From the NCBI GenBank assembly GCA_965240325.2, contig OZ251223.1:682001-746000 (forward strand): DNA of 64,000 nucleotides, read 5' to 3'. The stretch comes from Rebecca billardiae RCC1528. Lineage: Eukaryota; Protista; Haptophyta. Positions within the stretch are counted from its first letter, which is position 1, and each line of letters opens with the position of its first letter. The notes beneath the pieces are model-generated. The model saw only the letters and a program-made list of their open reading frames with translations, did no database searches and was not told the origin of the DNA. The position numbers and the translations under genes were made by a program. Below, one piece after another: positions 28,617 to 38,611 of this stretch.

Positions 28617-30593
28617 GATTAAACTTTCTTCAGGAATGCGCACCAGAAAAAGCCTTAAGAATCCGCTGGAGTTTCGCCGTCAAATCTCGAGCCGGCCCGC
28701 CACTGGCGGAAACGCCACGATGCGGGCCTTCTTCCTCGTCGACCGCACGTGCGCTCTCGCGATCGTGCGACGAGCTGCGGGCAGATCGACCCGCTCTTCC
28801 TGATCAGAGGCCGAGAGCACTCCCAGGTGCGCCAGCTCGCGAGCGCGCACCTTCCTCCTCGCCGCGCTCGCCGAGCACGAGCCGATCTGCAGCAGATGTG
28901 CAAGGAGCCGCATGTGGCCTTCCTCGCGCGCGCGGCACGGCTGCACACAAAAATCGTTAGAGGGCACTTCTCCGCGCATTCTACATTTTGGGGAAAGAAC
29001 GCCTGAACTGCACAGGAAGTGCCCTCTAACGCTTCCGCTCCTCGCCGTTGCGTGCACGCGCAAAGGAGCACTGCAAAGGGTGCGACTGGGAGCATTCCTT
29101 CTCCCGGGCGGCCACCACGGCCTCGGAGGTGGTGAGGAACGCGTCGGCGACCACGGCGTGGACCACCTCCGTCGTGCCGGACACTCCGGTCGCCCCTCGC
29201 CGGACTCCATCCTCGCTGCGCGCTGACCGTTTGCCGAGCGGGCTGCCCCGCCGCCTGCCCGGCGTGTGCCCGCGTGGTGACACAAGATGGTCGAAGGCGT
29301 GGCAGCGCGGTGGTGCGTGCGATCGGGGGACCCCATCTGAGCTACGACACGGGCGCGCGCGCTCGTCCGTGCTCATCACGGTGGTGGACGCGCGCGTCAC
29401 GCGCTCGTCGGCTGTCGCGCGCTGACGGCTGGGCTGCTTTTTGGTGTCTGCGGCGGCCACAGCTCGCCGGTACGGGCCCTATGGTGGCAGCGAGTGGTAC
29501 GCGGCGTTGTACTAGGTCCGCGCGCGCCACGCACGACGCTCGGCCGGCTCGCCCTCGGACCATTGGCTGAGTTCTACTCGCCGCGCGCGCCGCGCGCGGG
29601 AGCCGCTCGGCAGCTGCTCCGGGCGCGAAGCGCGCCCCGCGCGCTGCACGTGGGCGCGACGAGGTGGTGCGGCGAGCGTGCGCGAGTGTGTGCGCGTGAT
29701 GGGCACCCCCATTGCGCGACTTGCCATGCACATCTGCCTCTCGCCAAGCCTTCGACACGATAGCTGCGACTGCTGCTCGGAGGTGCGCTCGCCGGCTCGC
29801 GCACGTTTGAATCCGGGCTCGGCAGCGACCACGCGGGCGAGGGGCAGCGCGGTGCACGGTGGCGGAGCGCGCGCGGAGCGCAGCCTACACCTCCTACGTG
29901 CTCCATCCAGACACATCCCGCATGCTCGCGCGACCTCCTCGGTCCATCACGCGCGCGTGCGCGCGCGAGCAGGTGTGCATTCGCCGGGCGCGTGCACGGC
30001 GCGCCGCGTTGGCGCGCGCACGCCGATACCCGTGCGCAGCTCGACGAGCGAGCGCGGTGTGTTTCGATGCGTATGGGGAGGCTCGAATTTACGCGCGCGC
30101 ACGCGCCGGCCCTCGCCGCCCCTTCGCTCGCCCAGGCCTCATCTGCGCGCTCGGCGTTTGCAGGCAGCTGCTCATTCTTTCCGACACGTGCGCAAACGAG
30201 CAGATGGCGCTGGGCGAGGTCGATTGGTGCGTCAGATATTCGGCAACGATCAGGCCCGCGCGTGTGCCGCCACTCGTGCTACTCTCGGCGACCACCTCTG
30301 GCTCGGTCGCGCGCACGAGGCTGCTCGCGGCCGAATCGTGCCGTGTACCGTAAAGCTGTACCGTGCGCGGCGAGGCGCACTCAGACGTCGGCGTGGGCTG
30401 GCATGCGATCGTCCAACGAACAGCGTCGACGAACGAGCATGTCGCGAGCATGGTTTGGCGCACTTCATGGCGCGCACGAGCCGCTCGAAGGCGCGCGAGG
30501 GCGCATAACCGCCGTCGTGGCCGCCGACCCCATCTTGGGCCGCGCGGATTCTTAAGGCTTTTTCTGGTGCGCATTCCTGAAGAAAGTTTAATC
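28617..30593. mobile_element. Non-autonomous DNA transposon with 50-bp perfect TIRs, embedded in (TA)n
   Basis: GATTAAACTTTCTTCAGGAATGCGCACCAGAAAAAGCCTTAAGAATCCGC at 28617-28666 and its exact reverse complement at 30544-30593; TA runs on both sides. Confidence 0.88.
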
Positions 30594-31878
30594 ATATATA
30601 TATATTCGACCTCACCCTCATCCAAGTGCTCCGGAAGGCGCTCGGCCGCGGCGGCATCTGCCGTCGCCGCCGCGTGCCCCAGGCCGAGGCGGTGCTCCAT
30701 CCCGGCCCCGCTCCCGTAGGGGGGCAGGGCTGCGGGTGGCGCACTGTCTGACCTGGACGGAAGGCGCGGACGCATTCTATGTGTCTGTTGCACTCTGAGC
30801 CTGACGCTTGTCCGATGCTGCCACGTCGTTAAATATATATATATATGTATAACTACTATATATATATATCAATCATTAATAATACGGTCAGTCTGATCCG
30901 GATCGGCCTATTCACTTATTGCCTAGATACTGGCTAATCGGAGCACCGCGCTGTTGTCGCCCTGAGCCACCGCGCCGCCTCTGCTGTCTGCTGAGACTCC
31001 GTGCAGACTGCAAGCAAGGCATGGCGGCCACCGCTACTTGCACCTGCACTCCGCGTGCCCCCGCACGTCACCCACCCGCAGTCCGGCACCCGGGACCAAG
31101 GGTAGACCTCCACTCCACATTGGCCAATGGAGGTCCGGGTCCCGCTAGCTGTTTTGAGTTTGCAGGGAAAGCCGGGGAGGGGACCCCCCGGTGACCCTTG
31201 ATTCCATTTTCCCTTCAGTCTGCAATGGTGCAGCCAAAGAAACGTTACACGCTTCCCCTCTCAGCTCCAGCGGAGGGGAAGCGTGGGGGAGGCGGAGGGT
31301 GCAGTGTAACGGCTTGGCTGATGCAGACTGTGATTCCCTTCCGGTTCAGTCTCTCAGGGGCGTGCCCCGCACTCGACAAATCGAACCGCGTTCCTATTGA
31401 AATTGGCTTCCTCTATTTCAAGCAATTGATTTCAACCGTTTTCAAGCGGGTACATGGCCCGCGCCAACCAGTCCCCGACGGCGAGTCCAACTACTACTAA
31501 CTGATACGGCCACAACATCATCCACCAGCTGCTGACCAAGAACAGGCTACACCATCGCCCACCATGACCAGCCACTGACCAAGTAGGCGACTGTGACATC
31601 ATCCGCACCAGCTGCTGACCAAGTAGGGGATCGACGGCCTGGCCGACGCCAACATGCTCACTCGCCTTTGATTTCGTACCCATGCACTTCCTGGTGGGCC
31701 TGACGACGTCGACGACGACAACAACGACATCCGCCATGGGGACCAACATCAACGTGCTCACACCACTGCCACTGCTGCAAGCTTCGACCAGTACCACTAT
31801 GCAGACGAATCAGGAGAGCTGCGCCCTCGTGCCTGTGTCTTTTTAAAAATCATAGAATTAGTCCGGTGGGGGGGGCAT

Positions 31879-31990
31879 TGCTTTCGGGAGCGTGTGGCCT
31901 TGGTGTGGCACAGGGCTCCAAGACGGTACACCGGTGCTTTCGGGAGCGTGTGGCCTTGGTGTGGCACAGGGCTCCAAGACGGTACACCGG
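31879..31990 (+). repeat. 56-bp tandem duplication spanning the left junction of the hAT MITE
   Basis: tgctttcgggagcgtgtggccttggtgtggcacagggctccaagacggtacaccgg x2 (31879-31934, 31935-31990). Confidence 0.9.
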
Positions 31991-32429
31991 ACACCGGTAA
32001 ATACCGTACCGGTGCGTACCGGTGCGTACCGGTATGCACCGCCACAAACTGCCGCGCACCGGTGAGAGTCCGGGAGGGGTCGTGTGCGCCCGGACCACAG
32101 ACAGCACCCGCGAGCCTACGGACTGACGCGGAGCTGTCACTCACTTGTCAGTCAGTGTCCGAGGTCGGAGTCACTGCTGGCACTCTGGCAGGGAAGGCGA
32201 CAATACGCCGCCGATTTCGTCCAATAATTGGGCTGTTTCTATCAGTAAATATAGGCCCAAAAATTTTCGTCGCCTCGGGCCGGCGGGGCCCCGCGGCCCG
32301 GGGGGGACACCCCCCGGCCCGGGCCCGGACCCCCCCGCGGTGCGCGCACCGGTGTCTACCGCGGTACACCGGCGCCTGCGGCGTCGGTGCACCGGTACGC
32401 GTACCGGTGCACCGGATCTTTGAGCCCTG
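31967..32429. mobile_element. hAT-type MITE
   Basis: Termini CAGGGCTC...GAGCCCTG; 8-bp TSD GTGTGGCA (31959-31966, 32430-32437); subterminal ACCGGT-rich repeats. Confidence 0.85.
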
Positions 32430-32478
32430 GTGTGGCAGGATCCCGGGAACGCCCTTGCTGGCTTGGCCTTGCATAACA

Positions 32479-35400
32479 GAGCGGCCGCCAGCGGAATAAG
32501 GGGTTGGACACCCACGCGCTCGCCCAGTGCGGGGAGGGTTGGACACCGAGCCGCCGGTATCCAACCCCCCGCCGGTATCCAACCCCCCTTCGCCGCCGAT
32601 GGAGCGCTCCGGTGGCGGCGCGGGCGGTTCGGGTGGGCCCACCCGACCACAATGACCCGCGCCGGCCACCGCAACGCCGCCTCGCGACCCACTTCGCGCC
32701 CCGTGGGCACCTCGCAGAATCGCGCGGCCCCGGTGCAGGCGGCGCGCGCCTGCGCACGCGCTGCCGAGCGAGTGTGCGCGGATGGCGCGGGTTCTCCGCG
32801 GCGCGGAATGACGGGAAGGATGCCATCGTTCGTGTCGCCGCGCAGCGCAAGGTCGCCGCCAGGTTCGCGCGCTGTCACGACCCTGCCCACCAGCGAGCGC
32901 GGATGGCTGAGCCGGGCCGCCAGCTCGATGCCTTGGCGAGTGCGGCGGTTGGCGAGAGGGATACGGGCGCGCTCGACTGTCGCGGGCGTGGAGAGCAAGC
33001 ATGTACCTGTGCGCAAGCCGCGCTGCCTTGAGTCGCCGATGGTGAGCATGCCATGCACCTCGCACGCATAATTTCTTCTCGCCTTGGCGAATGGGCCGAG
33101 CCCTTGACAGCCTGAACTTGACAGGAGTACTTGTCAGAGCAACTAATACTCATGCATGGCATGACAACAGCCACGTGCGCAGGTGGTGCTTACAGATGCG
33201 CATATGTTGTCGCGACCATACGCATCCCGAAGACTCCGATTCATGGCTCCACGGCGCTTACGGTCTGTTGTTTCCACTTCACTGCATGCACGGCTCGTGC
33301 AGGCTGATCGGGAACTCATCGACAGCCGTCTCCTTCGCGCGGCTGTAAACGCACGATCGGTGGCTCAATGTGACGCGGCTTGCGCGCAGATACATGCTTC
33401 CTCGCTCAGCCTCAGCTCGTGCCCCGAGTTGATCGCATCGCGCGCCAGGCGGGCACTGACGCCGCTGAGGCCGGCACGGACGGCTCAGCTCTGAGGCGCC
33501 GCTCGCATGCACGTGCGCTGATCGTAGGCACCGCCAGTCGACGAGGAGCAAGCTGCGGGGCGCAGGACGAAGCATATGACAGCCTTCCAATACCACGCAA
33601 GCAACGCGCGTGGCTTTCGCACGGCAACTCGACGGCCGCCGCGTCTCACGCCGCACGCGCGCCTAGCGCTCATCCGCATCTGATCGAGGCCAACGGCAAC
33701 GCAGGCAATGAGGGCCGCCCGGCAGTCGTATCATTTTGATGAATCAAATTGCAATGCAAACAAAAAAAGTAGGCGGAACAACTGCTGGAAACTATCTCGC
33801 CTGCCTGAGCTGTGTGCGTCTCTTATCCTTATAGTAAACGGTCGTAGCACGATCGAATACAGTGTCATATCAGTTTACTACGTACGACTACGTACTGCTA
33901 GCTAAGAATTATATCATTTTACATAGGCGCTTACAGCTCAGTTACTCAGTAGGCAGGCGAAATCGACTCCGAGTCCGACGCCCGCCAACTGCCGCCGCCC
34001 ATGACTCAGCAGCCGTCGCCGATCCGGGCCCGATGGTACGGCGCCGTCACTATTCACTGTACACTACTAGCTACTCAGTTGGCTGTCGTAATAGTAGCAC
34101 AGCAATAATCGTATGTCGTAAATTATTACTTATTAGCCCCTGACACGTTCGCTTTCGACACCATGCTACTGTAGCCTGGGCGTATTTTGGCGACACTGCT
34201 TCACTGCGGTGGCGGCGAGTGCAGTTGAGGTGTGCCCGGACCCGATAGCTCGAGTCCTCGCCAATAGGCGTGGGTGTGCATCCTGGGTCGTTGTTGATTG
34301 AAGTTTGGTACCCGGCGGCCGGCGAGCCCGACTGGCGGCGAGCAGACCTGCCTGCGTGCCGCCGGGTGTCTGTAGCCCCCGTGGCGCTGAACCGGCAACC
34401 GCGCGGCGCGCGGTGCGTGTGCGGCGTAGCTCTGCGGTCTGCCCACGCCACCAACGCCACGCATACATCCTCGCGCCGTGCCGCCAGCTTGGCGCTGCCG
34501 TCAGCCAGAGCCGATCGAGTGCATGCCCGAGCCTGCTCCGAGGGCATCAAAATGAAAATGGGCTGCGTGTGGCTGCGAGTGCAGTTTCGTCGTCGCCTAT
34601 TTTTGCCAGCGTCGCAGAGTTGGCGCGCGGCAAGCCCACCGTAGCAGCACGACTCCCGAATGCGCAAACGCCGGGGAACAGCTGACTTAATGCCGCTCAC
34701 ACGACGGCGCTCCACGCCGAAAAGGATCCCAGACCTGCCCGTCGGCTGGCTCGTGCATGCGCGCCGACCGCCGGGCGTGTCGACCCCGTGCCGCACAGAG
34801 CACTGGTCAGCGGTGCCGCGACCAGGTGGGTATGTGTGCGCTTACGCGGCTGGGCCTGGTGCATGCATGGGCGGATGGGCTCTGCCCGGCTCGGCGCGTA
34901 GCGGGCGTGCGGGCTGAGACAAAGTCGTCACGGCTGTGCCGAGTCAGCGACTAAACCTGCGGGCCGCCCTACCTTAGCGCTGGCACCAAACGCTGTAGCA
35001 TGACTGCTCGTACTGGTCAGTGCTGACCAGCGACGGTACTCCGAGCGCGATTCAGCAGGCTGCCCGCAGATCGTTCCAGACCGCCAGCCTGCCCTCAGAG
35101 TCTGCGACGCCTGCTGAGCACCGACCTCGGCCGTGCGCATGGCGAGGAGCTCAGACAATGCCCGCGGCTCAGGTTGTCGAAGTGCCGGCGACGTGTGGCC
35201 AGTAGCGCGTCAAGAGTGTCATGCGGGACGTACGCCAAGATGGACGTGCGCGAGGACGCTTGCGGGCGGCGCATCTACGCCAACCGCCGCACTCGCCAAG
35301 GCATCGAGCTGGCGGCCCGGCTCAGCTATCCGCGCTCGCTGGTGGGCAGGGTCGTGACAGCGCGCGAACCTGGCGGCGACCTTGCGCTGCGCGGCGACAC

Positions 35401-35741
35401 GAAGGATGGCATCATTCCCGTCATTCCGCGCCGCGGAGAACCCGCGCCATCCGCGCACACTCGCTCGGCAGCGCGCGCGCAGGCGCGCGCCGCCTGCACC
35501 GGGGCCGCGCGATTCTGCGAGGTGCCCACGGGGCGCGAAGTGGGTCGCGAGGCGGCGTTGCGGTGGCCGGCGCGGGTCATTGTGGTCGGGTGGGCCCACC
35601 CGAACCGCCCGCGCCGCCACCGGAGCGCTCCATCGGCGGCGAAGGGGGGTTGGATACCGGCGGGGGGTTGGACACCCACGCTCGGTGTCCAACCCCATTC
35701 GCGCGTGGGTGTCCAACCCCTTATTCCGCAGGCGGCCGCTC
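32479..35741. mobile_element. Non-autonomous DNA transposon with long (about 470 bp) TIRs
   Basis: Arms 32479-32954 and 35278-35741 are near-identical inverted copies. Termini GAGCGGCCGCC; TAACA on both flanks (32474-32478, 35742-35746); repeated GGGGTTGGA(C/T)ACC subterminal motifs. Confidence 0.85.
33794..33841. repeat. Diverged copy of the Tc1/mariner (pogo/Tc2-like) TIR also found at 53461 and 57697
   Basis: atctcgcctgcctgagctgtgtgcgtctcttat...agtaaac matches 53462-53506 with small insertions. Confidence 0.75.
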
Positions 35742-35766
35742 TAACAGCACGTGGGCGAGCTCATCG

Positions 35767-37386
35767 ATGGCGGCGGGCGCTTCCGCGGCGGTCGGGCTCC
35801 TCCGGCGCAAGTCGGGGCGCGGCGACGCGCGTGCGACGTTCCTTCTGGCGAAGCGAGCTCAGGATGGCGACGGCATCATGCAGGACGAGCGCGAAGCCTT
35901 TCGCCTGTTCACCCTCGCCGCTGAGCGCGGCTGTGCCGATGCGCAGGCGAGAATGGGCGACATCTACAGGGCAGGCGAGCTTAGTCAGTCCGTGGACTTT
36001 GAGGCAGCCGTGCGCTGGCTCCGGCTGGCGGCCGAGCAGGGCCATGCTCACGCGCAGTGCAATCTGGGCTGGTGCCACGAGCAAGGCAAGGGTGTGCTGC
36101 AGGATCGGGGCGAGGCAGTGCGCTGGTACCAGCTGGCAGCAGAGCAGGGCATGGCTGTCGCGCAGTGCAATCTGGGCCTGTGCTACGAGCAAGGCGAGGG
36201 TGTGCTGCAGGATCGGGGCGAGGCAGCGCGCTGGTACCGGCTGGCGGCTGAGCAGGGCTGTGCTCACGCGCAGTACAAACTGGGCGTGTGCTACGAGCAA
36301 GGCGTGGGTGTGCAGCAAGATTGGGGCGAGGCAGCGCGCTGGTACCGGCTGGCGGCCGAGCAGGGCATGGCTGTCGCGCAGTGCAATCTGGGCCTGTGCT
36401 ACGCAGAAGGCAACGGTGTGCAGCAGAATTGGGGCCAGGCAGTGCGCTGGCACCGGCTGGCGGCCGAGCAGGGCTATGCTAAAGCGCAGTTCAATCTAGG
36501 CCTGCGCTACGCGCAGGGCGAGGGTGTGCAGCAGGATTGGGGCGAGGCAGTGCGCTGGTTCCGGCCGGCGGCTGAGCAGGGCGATGCACAAGCGCAGGGC
36601 ATTCTGGGCGATTGCAACCTGCAAGGCTTGGGTGTGCAGCAGGATAGGGACGAGGCAGAGCGCTGGCACCGGCTGGCGGCCGATGAGGGCTCTGCTGAAG
36701 CGCAGTTCCATCGGGGCGGGTGCTACGCGCTTGGCGAGGGTGTGCAGCAGGATTGGGGCGAGGCAGTGCGCTGGTACCGGCTGGCGGCCGATCAGGGCCA
36801 TGCCGAAGCGCAGGCCAAGCTGGGCGGGTGCTACGCGCTTGGCGATGGTGTGCAGCAGGATTGGGGCGAGGCAGTGCGCTGGTGCCGGCTGGCGGCCGAG
36901 CAGGGCGTTGCTGAAGCGCAGTCGAGTCTGGGCTCGCGCTACTTGCTAGGCCAGGGTGTGCAGCAGGACTTGGGTGAGGCTGCGCGCTTGTTCCGACTCG
37001 CTGCTGATGGCGGGAGCGCACAGGGGCACATCTGGCTGGGATCGCTGATGCTGCAGCGTTCCGGAGCCGTGGAGCTGGATGTGGAGGAGGGCGCGCGGCT
37101 GCTGCGCCGTGGCCAAGAGCTCAATCCCAGCTTCAGAGATCACGTGTGCGATATGCTGGCTGCGTCAGCTGGAACACGCGAGGTGGTCTCCCAGTGCTGC
37201 ATCACCTGCGGACACACTGGTCGTGGTCTGAAGAAGTGCCAGCGGTGCCACGTGGCGGTCTTCTGCTCGCGTGAGCACCTGCGCAGCTCGTGGAAGGTGC
37301 ACAGGCCCCACTGCATCAAGTGGTGCTCAGAGGCAGCAGGTGAAGCCTCTGCCGCCGCTGCGCCCGCTGTGTTTGACACTGTGTAG
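35767..37386 (+). CDS. Sel1-repeat protein with C-terminal MYND-type zinc finger
   Basis: About 11 repeats of the 36-aa unit AQCNLGxCYxxGxGVxQDxGEAxRWYRLAAEQG; C-terminal CITC...CQRCHVAVFCSREH..SW..HRPHC. Likely ATG at 35767. Confidence 0.9.
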   Translation: MAAGASAAVGLLRRKSGRGDARATFLLAKRAQDGDGIMQDEREAFRLFTLAAERGCADAQARMGDIYRAGELSQSVDFEAAVRWLRLAAEQGHAHAQCNLGWCHEQGKGVLQDRGEAVRWYQLAAEQGMAVAQCNLGLCYEQGEGVLQDRGEAARWYRLAAEQGCAHAQYKLGVCYEQGVGVQQDWGEAARWYRLAAEQGMAVAQCNLGLCYAEGNGVQQNWGQAVRWHRLAAEQGYAKAQFNLGLRYAQGEGVQQDWGEAVRWFRPAAEQGDAQAQGILGDCNLQGLGVQQDRDEAERWHRLAADEGSAEAQFHRGGCYALGEGVQQDWGEAVRWYRLAADQGHAEAQAKLGGCYALGDGVQQDWGEAVRWCRLAAEQGVAEAQSSLGSRYLLGQGVQQDLGEAARLFRLAADGGSAQGHIWLGSLMLQRSGAVELDVEEGARLLRRGQELNPSFRDHVCDMLAASAGTREVVSQCCITCGHTGRGLKKCQRCHVAVFCSREHLRSSWKVHRPHCIKWCSEAAGEASAAAAPAVFDTV

Positions 37387-37607
37387 TCGGCCAGGGCAGC
37401 CAGCCCGGGGCGGCCGGCCATGCCGATGCGTGCCCCGATCGGACTCTATCGCGGGGCACTTGCTATAGTCGATATATATTGCGCTCCCGCACCGTCCTCT
37501 CATAGACAATCATCAGTTACTTATTGTGCCAGCAATAATAAGTATAACCCTGCACATATATTGATTATTATGACGACAATATTTATATTGACGACACTCA
37601 TGTCTCA

Positions 37608-38549
37608 TCATGACTCGTCGGGCTGTGCGTACCACATCGTCAGCGCAAAGCGCTCGCGCCAGGCTGGGAGCACTTCGTGCGGGCACCGGTAGTCGCTGAA
37701 GAAGAGCAGCAGGCGGTCAGCCACCGGCGCGACTTCGGCGCGTACGAACGCGCCTCGCTCAGCCGTGCCGGTTGCTCTCCAGATGCGCAGCTCGCCGCCG
37801 TCGCCTGGCACCCACGCCGGGGTTGTGTAGTAGATAGCGGTGAGGCGGCGTCTGTTCGGGCATGGGAAGTCGCTGGCGGCGTTCTGCGCGTCGTTGCAGG
37901 CGTTGTCATAGTGCAGCGCGTAGGCAGCCCCGTCGGCGTACCGCGATACCATCGGGCGAGAGCGCCGGCCAAGGCCCAGGGCTGGTGCAATCGTTGGGCG
38001 GAGCAGCTCATCAATGGCACGCGCTGCTGCTCGCACCGCACTCCAGCTCGAGGCGATGCCCTCCGTGGCGTCGTCGATCCAGGCGACAGCGTCGCCACGG
38101 CGGGCGCTGCGCACCTTGGGTACCCCGTCGTCGCCGCCAGCCAGTTGACCAGGCAGCAGAAGTCCTGCGAGCGCAGCGGCAGCCATCTCGGAGTGCGCTG
38201 CGATCGCAATCTCAGCGCCGAGCGCACCGTCGATGCAAACGTACTTGGTATCGCGCAGCTGCGCGAGGATTGCGTCGGCCTCGAGTGCCGGCGTCTCCAG
38301 CCCGTGGTGGAAACGTGGTCGCGGGGGTGCCACGCAGTCGTCTGCGCTGCCAGCCGCCACAGCCCGCTGCAACCAATCCGGCCACGCTGACTCGTCTGTG
38401 TCGAGCTCGCACACGAGGGCGAAGCTACGCTTGTAGTGCGCAACGGCATCGTCCATCGCACCTGCGGCCTCGTGGCGTGCGGCCCGCAAAAAGCACGAGA
38501 CCCCGCGCCGCAGCGCATCAGGATCCACGTGCGCCGGTAGCTCCGTCAT
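37608..38549 (-). CDS. 2OG-Fe(II) prolyl 4-hydroxylase, PHD/EGLN-like
   Basis: RGDAVAWID; YALHYDN (HxD); RRLTAIYY..W...GGELRIW; APVADRLLLFFSD..PHEVLPA..RFALTMWY. Confidence 0.88.
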   Translation of the reverse strand: MTELPAHVDPDALRRGVSCFLRAARHEAAGAMDDAVAHYKRSFALVCELDTDESAWPDWLQRAVAAGSADDCVAPPRPRFHHGLETPALEADAILAQLRDTKYVCIDGALGAEIAIAAHSEMAAAALAGLLLPGQLAGGDDGVPKVRSARRGDAVAWIDDATEGIASSWSAVRAAARAIDELLRPTIAPALGLGRRSRPMVSRYADGAAYALHYDNACNDAQNAASDFPCPNRRRLTAIYYTTPAWVPGDGGELRIWRATGTAERGAFVRAEVAPVADRLLLFFSDYRCPHEVLPAWRERFALTMWYAQPDES

Positions 38550-38550
38550 C

Positions 38551-38567
38551 CGTCACGTCCCGTGACG
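38551..38567. promoter_or_regulatory. Palindromic TGACG pair in the 62-bp divergent intergenic spacer (candidate bidirectional element)
   Basis: CGTCACG-tcc-CGTGACG inverted repeat between the two start codons. Confidence 0.35.
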
Positions 38568-38611
38568 TCCGGCCGACATGCTGATCGTCATCACCGGCGA
38601 CGGAATTCAGA

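Noticed and set aside
28749-30353. Intact transposase within the TA-flanked element
   Set aside because: Only short, frame-broken ORFs; motif fragments are not in a convincing order.
30900-31800. Short ORFs in a lower-GC stretch
   Set aside because: No recognisable domain, codon bias or splice structure.
35221-35766. N-terminal 182 aa of the 721-aa ORF as part of the Sel1 protein
   Set aside because: It is the transposon TIR read through in frame; the likely start is 35767.
36000-37010. 108-bp periodic repeats as a CRISPR-like or non-coding array
   Set aside because: They are in-frame Sel1 coding repeats without unique spacers.
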